Positions 15,824-23,869 of a DNA stretch of 33,761 nt are shown piece after piece; position 1 is the first letter of the stretch; each line of letters opens with the position of its first letter. The position numbers were made by a program, and so were the translations under genes. The notes under the pieces were generated by a model that searched no databases, was not told the DNA's origin, and worked only from the letters and a program-made list of their open reading frames with translations. The DNA is taken from positions 1 through 33,761 of the IMG/VR virus record IMGVR_UViG_3300048670_001504. One strand, given 5' to 3'. The DNA comes from a virus. Lineage: Duplodnaviria; Caudoviricetes.

Positions 15824-18076
15824 TCAAGAAACTACAACTATGCTGCCATGCATATTAAAGCTATTTTCTGATATGTAGTAATAAACTCCGGGAGAATTTG
15901 GTATCCAAGCCACAGTTCCATTATCTGTTCCGTTATTGTTTACTCCCACCAATGAAGACCCCGCTCCAGTAATGTCATACTGCTTTAGCCATAATGGTTG
16001 CCCAGATGAAGATACATTAAATATTAAGGCATCTCCAACTTTTACATTTATAGATAAATTGTTGCCTGTTAGATTGCCGTTTCTATCTTTTCCATTTAAC
16101 GCATATGATGTATTTGAGATAGATGTTATATTTATATAGAATGCATATGCTCCTGATCCCTGGTTTTGAGCACCACCAGCCTCCCTTATTTGTTTGGTTT
16201 TTGGACCAAAAATATAAGGATAGGTGGGAGTGTTTAAATCACCAGACGCAAATGTTAAGAAATAGGCGTATGTACCGTTTGGATATTCTGGCGTGACGCA
16301 ATATCTTCCATTGTGTTCATCTAGGTATGGATTTGGAAGGTAATCTGCTTGGCTGTAATCATAATCTTCTATGAAAGACCCTGCTGGGTATTGGTCATAG
16401 TTATAACTACGACCACCTTTTTCTGTGGTGGCCGTTATATATGAGGACAACATTTGTGACACTCCACTACTCGATAATATTGAGTCTGTGTATCCATATG
16501 GACCATAAACTGGGTATCCATCAAAACAAAATCCTAATATTTTTGAATGCCCATCAGTGTGCCTAAAATGATCACCTAGATAAGCACTGTTGCTGTAGTA
16601 GGTGTTTTGACTGTAGAATTTACTAGTAGACCAGCAGTTTGCCAGGAATGATCCATCACGATATCCATAAACTCCATTTGCGTCTGGACTTGCTCCACAA
16701 TCATCGACATTAAACAATGATTTATTCAAAACTGCATTAAAATGATATCCTGTTGATGGTAGGTCTGTTCCTCCTGGTAGCGACCCTGTGCCTGCTGATG
16801 GGTTTAATAATACTACCCCGTTTACGGCCACCCCCATGGACCCAGAAGCTGTGTCCTGAGGATTATTTGTATTTAATCCACCACGATAAGTAAACAAGAA
16901 ATTATAAGCCTGATCAATTATATTGTTTGAACTACCTGGGAAAGTTCTTGAGCTTGATCCGTTGTTAACAAGAGGATTGCCAGCAAGAGCAGGATAAGGA
17001 TCTCCATCGCTAATAACATCCATTCTTTTATTTGACATAGTTGCGTTTGTTAAACTTCCATAATTTCCCGTGGAGTCTGATACAAATATGTTTTCCGGTC
17101 CAAAAGGAGAAGAAGTGGTTGTTGTAGTTGTAGTAGTGGTGGTTGGTGCTAATGTTGTAGTCGGAGCAGATTGAATTACTTCTATCTCATAATCTACAAA
17201 TATTCTATCATAGTTGGATATTGTGGAAGAGAGTGTAAATTTTGCCTCTTCATTTATCTCTGTAAAGTATAAATTTTTCCAAAGAGAATTTGGTGATTTT
17301 AATTGCGGAGGTTGAGTGGTAGTAGCTGTATCAAAGCTGGGGAAATAAACGCCATCACTATATGAGCAAGATTGTGAACAAGAAGGTATTCTTATTCCGT
17401 TTACATATACTCTTAAAGTATCTTTTTTGAAACTCTGAATCCCAGATATTTTATACTGCCCGTTTATTAATACGGGTGTAACTTCATAAAAATGTTTATG
17501 ATCAGTGGCATTCTTTAATATAGGTTTAACTACTATATTCCTGTTTCCTGGGTTACTTATCTCCCAATAAATTCCATAAGAATCTTGGAATTCTATAGTT
17601 CCATCATCTACTGGATTGGTGATCCCCGGAAATTTAAATGTTATGTTATTGGCATCCGCAGTTATTTGAGAAAGTTTATCTCTCTCGGCCCTTAACATAA
17701 CCACAAATTCTGGTTGTGAATTTAACAGATAACCTAGAGAATTATATTCATCCATCTCTCGCTGAGTGACGTTTCTGGTGCCATCTGAGTGAAACGCTAT
17801 GTTGTGCATAGACTGGTCCACTGCTTCTTTTTTCAAGTTTCCGTCTCTATCTATGGATTTATCTAGCCTTGAAGGTAAGCTGCCTGAATTACCTGCACTG
17901 TCTCTTAGTGTTTGTGTATTTTGATTTATTTGCCCTGCTAGTATTTGATCCCTCATTGCCAATGTTTTTATCGGCTTGTTATCAAAGTCAAAATGATAGG
18001 GGTCATTAGGCTGATATAGTGGAACTCCGTAAGCGTCTAAAGGTGGCACCGGTGCTATTGTTGTAGTATTTGGCAT
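15824..18076 (-). CDS. Tail fibre-like protein with Thr-rich linker, YHYH-family domain and C-terminal cupredoxin-like domain
   Basis: N-terminal attachment/coiled region, PTTTLAPTTTTTTTTTT linker, YHYH-family motifs GVAVNGV, GHSKILGFCFDGYPVYGPYG and LDEHNGRYCVTPEYPNGTYAYF, then KVGDALIFNV..SGQPLW...PGVYYY...MHGSIVV. Confidence 0.8.
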   Translation of the reverse strand: MPNTTTIAPVPPLDAYGVPLYQPNDPYHFDFDNKPIKTLAMRDQILAGQINQNTQTLRDSAGNSGSLPSRLDKSIDRDGNLKKEAVDQSMHNIAFHSDGTRNVTQREMDEYNSLGYLLNSQPEFVVMLRAERDKLSQITADANNITFKFPGITNPVDDGTIEFQDSYGIYWEISNPGNRNIVVKPILKNATDHKHFYEVTPVLINGQYKISGIQSFKKDTLRVYVNGIRIPSCSQSCSYSDGVYFPSFDTATTTQPPQLKSPNSLWKNLYFTEINEEAKFTLSSTISNYDRIFVDYEIEVIQSAPTTTLAPTTTTTTTTTTSSPFGPENIFVSDSTGNYGSLTNATMSNKRMDVISDGDPYPALAGNPLVNNGSSSRTFPGSSNNIIDQAYNFLFTYRGGLNTNNPQDTASGSMGVAVNGVVLLNPSAGTGSLPGGTDLPSTGYHFNAVLNKSLFNVDDCGASPDANGVYGYRDGSFLANCWSTSKFYSQNTYYSNSAYLGDHFRHTDGHSKILGFCFDGYPVYGPYGYTDSILSSSGVSQMLSSYITATTEKGGRSYNYDQYPAGSFIEDYDYSQADYLPNPYLDEHNGRYCVTPEYPNGTYAYFLTFASGDLNTPTYPYIFGPKTKQIREAGGAQNQGSGAYAFYINITSISNTSYALNGKDRNGNLTGNNLSINVKVGDALIFNVSSSGQPLWLKQYDITGAGSSLVGVNNNGTDNGTVAWIPNSPGVYYYISENSFNMHGSIVVVS

Positions 18077-18079
18077 AAA

Positions 18080-18087
18080 TTATATAG
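18080..18087 (-). promoter_or_regulatory. Putative late-promoter motif CTATATAA
   Basis: 3 nt upstream of ATG 18076. Confidence 0.45.
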
Positions 18088-18093
18088 AAATTA

Positions 18094-18570
18094 TTAGATG
18101 AAATTAATGCGCCAATTCCAAGTTATTTGAATGTCTTTAGTTTTCATTAAATCCGGGAATGTTACCATACTATACAAACTTTCATTAGCCATTTTTAGGG
18201 CCATTTCATTTATGGTCTGTCCTATTGCGTCATCAAAAGTCAACACAGATGTAAATGTTGCTTGTGTTGGTATGTTTGGATCAATACTAGATATTATAGG
18301 CTTGGAGATTACTGTTGAGCCAAACAAAGATGACCTATCGGAGTTAACAGTTCTTAATTTTCCATCAACCATTCCTCCGCTTCCAAATACTATTGAGTTT
18401 ACATAAAATGGGTAATATTGTCCACTGAGTTCATTTGCCAAACTCATAGCAAGAGCAGACTTTCCGGATTTCAATATTGCATTGTTTATCGTATATGATA
18501 TTTTGTTTTTTCTTCTATCCTCTACGCAAATATCTACGAAACCCTTTATTTTTTGGTCATTATTGATCAT
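18094..18570 (-). CDS. Tail-collar/fibre-attachment domain protein
   Basis: NAILKSGKSALA, IVFGSGG, INEMAL...LYSMVTFPDLMKT...ITWNWRINF pattern; positioned after the wedge genes. Confidence 0.7.
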   Translation of the reverse strand: MINNDQKIKGFVDICVEDRRKNKISYTINNAILKSGKSALAMSLANELSGQYYPFYVNSIVFGSGGMVDGKLRTVNSDRSSLFGSTVISKPIISSIDPNIPTQATFTSVLTFDDAIGQTINEMALKMANESLYSMVTFPDLMKTKDIQITWNWRINFI

Positions 18571-21500
18571 AATTCTTTTCTTTCTTTTGTTCCGTCTAGA
18601 TTTGTTATTACTATCTGAATGCTTTCGTTCTGCTCGGAAAAATCTGTGGGTCCATTTTTTGAGTTAGACTGTACACTCAAACTCTGCTGCTCAGATTTTT
18701 CTATAATTTCATTACTTTTTCTGCCTATCTTCAGGACTTCTTCTTTCATTGTATAATCATCCACTATCTCAGAAATATTTTTGGTGTATTTATATATACT
18801 AACATTATTTTGGATTCCATTTGTGCTATCGGTGCCAAAATTATCAAAAACACCAGATAAATTCATGATAGTTGTATTTGTATCACTATTATAATCTACC
18901 TCAGATATAAAATAGTAGTTACCGTTGGAATTTACGTATAAAGCATAATCTTCTTTAAACGAATCACTGGAGTTAGTTTCCTCATCTTCATTTCTTATGC
19001 TTAATTCTGTTTTTAAGTTTCCATTTGTTTTGGCTAATATCCCGTTATATCCAAAGTAGCCAGACTTCTTTTCTGCTAAATTTTGACGAAACTTAACTTG
19101 TACTCCACCTAAATTACTACCATTATATCCGGTAATGTATACATAGTTGTCTTGTATTAATGTGATTTTACACAGATGATTCGTGCTGTTGTTTGTGAAG
19201 CTTAAAAAATTATTGTAATTTTTTAATATTTTTTTATCTAACATATCTTCACTGAGAGTAACTTTTGAATTGTTTGTGTATTTTATGTCGCATCTTGATA
19301 ATTTAGAAGTTCCCTTTAATAATATTTCTTGGCTTAGTGAGTTTAACACTCTGTAATTCGATGACAAATTATCACTTATTATTAAATCATTATTTCTCAA
19401 TAGAAGCATATCGGGGCTCATTACTTTTATAATATCTAGATAGTGATCTGTTCCATTGATGACTATTTTTACTCTTTGCATATCGTCTAAGTTCTTAAAA
19501 TTAACTGATTGATCTTCTAATTCAATCACATCCTCTCGCTCTAAAGATGCCATAGATTGAAATATTTCATTGTAAATATCAAAAATAAATGGAGAATTAT
19601 TTATTGGCTCGACCAGTATGTCTTTTTTGTTATTTATATTTATTTGGTTTTTATTGCCGCCACTTACACCATACACGCCATGCGGCGACAAAACCTCTAC
19701 GTAACAATCGCTGCCAATAGAAAGCGATCCAAAATTAATATCTGGACAGAACAGAACTTTTTCTTTATTGTAAAAATTAATCACACTTGTTTTTACAAAA
19801 CTTTTAGTTGTTAGATCACTCCTTCCAACAATGTTCTCCATAAATTTATTTCTATTAAATATGTTTTCTCCCCCGGCTATGCTTGACTCTAAATAATTAT
19901 GTGTTATTAGTATCTCATATTCTTCTACAGGCGGAGTAACAAATTCACTATTATTGCCAAATATATTTATTGTTTTAAGAACTGAGTGAAAAGGTGCGTT
20001 TTCTGTTATTATATCTTTTACCTCCAATAATCTATCTGAAGATAATCTCTCTATCTCTAGGTCCACATCAAATTTTCCTGATCGGCAATAAGAGCAAGGA
20101 TCTATAAAATCTTTATCTATATCACATGGATTCTTTGAATCTCTTGTGCTGCCGTTATATTCTTCCATGTTGTAAACATTCTCGGAATATGGAAATTCTG
20201 TTCTTATTTTTCCGAAAATTAAGTCTTCATGAAAAGGGTGATGCTCAACTAAAATTAATCCTATAAAAGGATCATCTTCTCTTATTAATCTGACATTCCA
20301 GTTTTTTAATGGATATTGTCTGAATACCTGTGAATCTTTTAAAATGTTGTACTCGTCTCTGTCATCTGCCAATGGTAAAGATTTTATATATTTCTCGAGA
20401 TTTCTTTCTTTCTCATTTGCTGGTTCTTTATAATAGTATTCAACTCTAACTATATCATCCATCCCCAGGACATATTGATTTGACTTCCAGGTCAATTGTA
20501 AAGGATTATCTTGTGATATTCTGAAGCTTTCATTAAAATCTAACTCAATTTCATTTTTAGAAATTGATTTTAATAAAAATGCTTTGGGTAAATAATCTCT
20601 TTCTCCCCCAACATGATTTAATATAATTTTTGTAAGTGTAAAAGATCCCTTCATCTCAGGGTTATAGAAAAAAGAATCAATATAGAAGTAAGGAGACTTT
20701 ATCTGCCAATGATTCACTAGTCGTAGTAACTTCATTCCCGCCTGAGAGAAAGATTCTCTCATAGCTTGCATGGACCCCTTTTTCTTAAAAAGAGGGACCG
20801 CTTCTTTTATTTGCCTTCTCCATAAGGTGGGATCTGAACTCTTAAATTTTAGATCAAGAGTATTACCCAAATAACTTAAAAGTGATTCATTTATTACGTT
20901 TGCATCAAACAAATCCACCATTTGGTTTGTTAGATCTTCTAAAAAAGTGAAGCCCTTGGCCACAGACTTATTGAAATTATCTAAAACGTCTGGTGTTCTG
21001 TCGTCGTCTGATATTAGAGTTTTGAACATCTCTGGTAAATATCGTTCTAATAGCTCTTCATACTTACCCGCAACAGTTTGATGACTTGGTATACTCGTGT
21101 TTAATAACGTCGATCCATTTAAATAAAATTTTTCATGACTTGATAGTGCAGAAGCACCTGCATAAGGAGTCCAAGTATAACATATAAAATAATCTCCTTC
21201 TCTTCTTCCTGATGGATCCCATGTATAATTAAAAAATCCTTCTGAGCAATCATCCTTAACAATTAGTGTCTTTTCTTGATCTGTTGATAGCCAAGCAGGA
21301 AAAAGTTCACTTCCTAACATCTCCACAGGAGTTGCTTCTTTATAGTAAAAGAAATCATTGCCATTTGGCATTTTATATTCATAGTTAATTATTATTTTGT
21401 AATTCGAAGGATCTCTGTTCCAGGTCAAACTCACTTCGCCTGTATCCAAATTTATGCTTCCACAATTAACTTTAAACGCCGGGGAAATTCCACCTGTCTT

Positions 21501-21875
21501 TATATCGGTTAGTATAAATCTATCTTTTTTGTCTACTGTAAATGTGTTTACTATATTTGAACCTCTAAATATAGTTCCATTTAAAGTTCCTTTTACAATT
21601 GGTGAGTGCTCTGTTATAAATTTGATAACCTGCTCACCTTGGCCATTACCGAGAGTAGTTCCTTTGTGAATTTCTCCTTGGATGTAATCATGATTGTAAT
21701 AAGCGTCCGCAGAATATTCTTTATTATACGTGCTTGCAAAATCTCTCTCTATGAAATATATTTTTAGTGAATTTACTTTATATGGATCAATTGTTTTATT
21801 ATTAACATCTTTTGTAGTAAATGTAAATAATATTTGATCTGCGATAGAAGGATTTTGATCTATTGTTAATATCAT
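18567..21875 (-). CDS. Baseplate wedge protein with gp7/P2 gpI-like domain
   Basis: LLERYLPEMF...LFDANVINESLLSYLGNTL...WRRQIKEAVPLFKKKGS and later IITENAPFHSVL; follows the gp6-like gene. Confidence 0.8.
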   Translation of the reverse strand: MILTIDQNPSIADQILFTFTTKDVNNKTIDPYKVNSLKIYFIERDFASTYNKEYSADAYYNHDYIQGEIHKGTTLGNGQGEQVIKFITEHSPIVKGTLNGTIFRGSNIVNTFTVDKKDRFILTDIKTGGISPAFKVNCGSINLDTGEVSLTWNRDPSNYKIIINYEYKMPNGNDFFYYKEATPVEMLGSELFPAWLSTDQEKTLIVKDDCSEGFFNYTWDPSGRREGDYFICYTWTPYAGASALSSHEKFYLNGSTLLNTSIPSHQTVAGKYEELLERYLPEMFKTLISDDDRTPDVLDNFNKSVAKGFTFLEDLTNQMVDLFDANVINESLLSYLGNTLDLKFKSSDPTLWRRQIKEAVPLFKKKGSMQAMRESFSQAGMKLLRLVNHWQIKSPYFYIDSFFYNPEMKGSFTLTKIILNHVGGERDYLPKAFLLKSISKNEIELDFNESFRISQDNPLQLTWKSNQYVLGMDDIVRVEYYYKEPANEKERNLEKYIKSLPLADDRDEYNILKDSQVFRQYPLKNWNVRLIREDDPFIGLILVEHHPFHEDLIFGKIRTEFPYSENVYNMEEYNGSTRDSKNPCDIDKDFIDPCSYCRSGKFDVDLEIERLSSDRLLEVKDIITENAPFHSVLKTINIFGNNSEFVTPPVEEYEILITHNYLESSIAGGENIFNRNKFMENIVGRSDLTTKSFVKTSVINFYNKEKVLFCPDINFGSLSIGSDCYVEVLSPHGVYGVSGGNKNQININNKKDILVEPINNSPFIFDIYNEIFQSMASLEREDVIELEDQSVNFKNLDDMQRVKIVINGTDHYLDIIKVMSPDMLLLRNNDLIISDNLSSNYRVLNSLSQEILLKGTSKLSRCDIKYTNNSKVTLSEDMLDKKILKNYNNFLSFTNNSTNHLCKITLIQDNYVYITGYNGSNLGGVQVKFRQNLAEKKSGYFGYNGILAKTNGNLKTELSIRNEDEETNSSDSFKEDYALYVNSNGNYYFISEVDYNSDTNTTIMNLSGVFDNFGTDSTNGIQNNVSIYKYTKNISEIVDDYTMKEEVLKIGRKSNEIIEKSEQQSLSVQSNSKNGPTDFSEQNESIQIVITNLDGTKERKEL

Positions 21876-21877
21876 AA

Positions 21878-23428
21878 CTAATTGGTCTCATAAGTAAAGT
21901 TGATCTGTATCGATTCAGGACGTATTACCTCGTTAAATTTTGGGGTAATTATACTACTGTTTCCGTCATCTGTTGCGAATGAAACTTCATATCTATTTGG
22001 ATCCTTGATATCCGACAATTGTTTTATTATATCTATATCCCTTAGTATTTTTCCATAATCCCAATTGGAAATAAGAAAGAAGCTATTCATTCTTCTATTT
22101 ATTTTTTCTCTTATTTCATCTTCAAATTTTCTATACAACCTATCCATAAATATATCAATATAAACGGCAGTCATCAATACTGTTCCATCCCTTAGACAAA
22201 CATAGTCTGTTATCATCTTTACTTGATCTATATGGGCATTAAGTTCTGACTTCAGCTGGTCAGTTGCTAATTCTAAATTGCTTTCGTCTTGTCGAGCAAG
22301 AACATATATGTCTACTATATTTGCCGAACAACCATAATTTCTTAAAACAGCTGTTGCTTTTCCGATTTGTCCTTGATATGGACTTGCGAACTGTTCTGCG
22401 ATTGTTTTGTAGTCAGTCCCGGTTACGGCTCTATTTTGAGTTCTTAAATACTGTGGTAGTTTTCTTCTTATGTCTTCTATTGTATCTCCATTGTATCCAA
22501 ACTCTCCTTTAGTATAATTATTTAAAGCAACAGGAACACTTAATTCATATCCTGTTGGATTTATAATTGTTTGAGTTTCCACTGAACCTGCTACTATATT
22601 TCCTATTGTTCCGCCGCCCGTTCTATACACAACCTCCACTATAGAGCCACCAGATGGCACTAGTCCCACTCTATTGTTGCCAAATATAACAAATGCCGAG
22701 TAATTTGAATCAAACTCTACTCGATACTCTCTTCTTGGTTGGCTGTCTGTGAAGTAATCTACTTGATTCCATGCAACTCCATCAACATAAACTCTAATAC
22801 TATCATATATCACCGAAGGATACCCCAGACTTACTATTTGATTAGGTGCACCCGTTCCATCAGTCGTGTCCAGTCTAGTTGTTCCTTCTAATCCTACTAT
22901 ACTTGCATTTACGAAACCCCCCGCAGGAACCACTATACTTTGATCAAATATTGGGTTGTTATTAGCGTCTGCAGGAAATAATTCTATTCTTATAAGTTGG
23001 TCTCCCGACGTTGTTGTCACATCAAATGGGGCGGGTATATTTAAATCAAAATTCAATACATTATTTATTTTAGCTGTCCAAAGAGATCTGGAACAAATAG
23101 GAGGCTGGGGGTTGAATCCTATTAATTTACATAGTCTAAATGCATTCTCCACCTCAGTCACAGTGTCTATGAATATTTCATTTGCTATTTGGTCCATTTT
23201 AAAGCTAAGAGTATCCGCTATAAAAGCCCAATTCTCTATTAGCATAATTGCCACAGAAGATTCTACAAAATCATTAAACTCTGTCGGAAATTTTTGACGT
23301 ACATACTCAACAAGTCTAGTCTTCATAGACCAGAAATCTTGGTTGGTATAATTTAAATTAAATATATTGGGTTTACTTATGTTCTGAGATTGAGCATACG
23401 GAGTTATATCAAATGGGCAATTATTCAT
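21878..23428 (-). CDS. Baseplate wedge subunit (T4 gp6/P2 gpJ-like)
   Basis: NYTNQDFWSMK, FNDFVESS, DQIANEIFIDT, KLIGFNP, VIFGNNRVG.VP, YRTGGGTIGN, DTIEDIRR..P..LRTQNRAVTGTDY. Confidence 0.9.
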   Translation of the reverse strand: MNNCPFDITPYAQSQNISKPNIFNLNYTNQDFWSMKTRLVEYVRQKFPTEFNDFVESSVAIMLIENWAFIADTLSFKMDQIANEIFIDTVTEVENAFRLCKLIGFNPQPPICSRSLWTAKINNVLNFDLNIPAPFDVTTTSGDQLIRIELFPADANNNPIFDQSIVVPAGGFVNASIVGLEGTTRLDTTDGTGAPNQIVSLGYPSVIYDSIRVYVDGVAWNQVDYFTDSQPRREYRVEFDSNYSAFVIFGNNRVGLVPSGGSIVEVVYRTGGGTIGNIVAGSVETQTIINPTGYELSVPVALNNYTKGEFGYNGDTIEDIRRKLPQYLRTQNRAVTGTDYKTIAEQFASPYQGQIGKATAVLRNYGCSANIVDIYVLARQDESNLELATDQLKSELNAHIDQVKMITDYVCLRDGTVLMTAVYIDIFMDRLYRKFEDEIREKINRRMNSFFLISNWDYGKILRDIDIIKQLSDIKDPNRYEVSFATDDGNSSIITPKFNEVIRPESIQINFTYETN

Positions 23429-23432
23429 ATTA

Positions 23433-23440
23433 TAATATAG
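23433..23440 (-). promoter_or_regulatory. Putative late-promoter motif CTATATTA
   Basis: 4 nt upstream of ATG 23428. Confidence 0.45.
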
Positions 23441-23442
23441 TC

Positions 23443-23859
23443 TTAGGTTAAAGGAATTTGTAGCCTTAATTCTTGAACCTCAGATATTTGATCTGGGTCT
23501 ACAAATATGATCTTAATGCTTAGTATATTATCTATATCCTCATATTTGTCATAAGAATCAAGGTCACTTCTCGATGCTTGACTAGAAACTTCTATTTGAT
23601 TCACTACTATTCTTGGCTCCCATCTTTCTATAGAAGATATTATCATGTTTCTGGCCAATGTCTCTAGAGCTGTGTCGTTTTGTTCAAATATTAGTCTTTT
23701 AAGAGGGGTGCCAAAATCTGGAAGGAATACACGTTCACCAGGATTAGTAAGCAATAAGACTAGTAGATCTGATTTTATTTGAGATACACCGCTTTGAGTT
23801 CTAAAAAATCCGTGAGGACCTTTGGTTATTGGATATGGCGAACCTAAAAATTTTTTCAT
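23443..23859 (-). CDS. Baseplate gp25/GPW-like sheath initiator
   Basis: QIKSDLLVLLLTNPGERVFLPDFGTPL..LIFE...IERWEPRIVV. Start reassigned to ATG 23859 (MKKFLG), 10 nt after the spike stop. Confidence 0.92.
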   Translation of the reverse strand: MKKFLGSPYPITKGPHGFFRTQSGVSQIKSDLLVLLLTNPGERVFLPDFGTPLKRLIFEQNDTALETLARNMIISSIERWEPRIVVNQIEVSSQASRSDLDSYDKYEDIDNILSIKIIFVDPDQISEVQELRLQIPLT

Positions 23860-23869
23860 AATTATTTCT

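Noticed and set aside
8998-18076. Diversity-generating retroelement target/template repeats in the fibre genes
   Set aside because: I noticed no roughly 100-bp repeat pair with adenine-specific mismatches, and there is no reverse transcriptase in the window.
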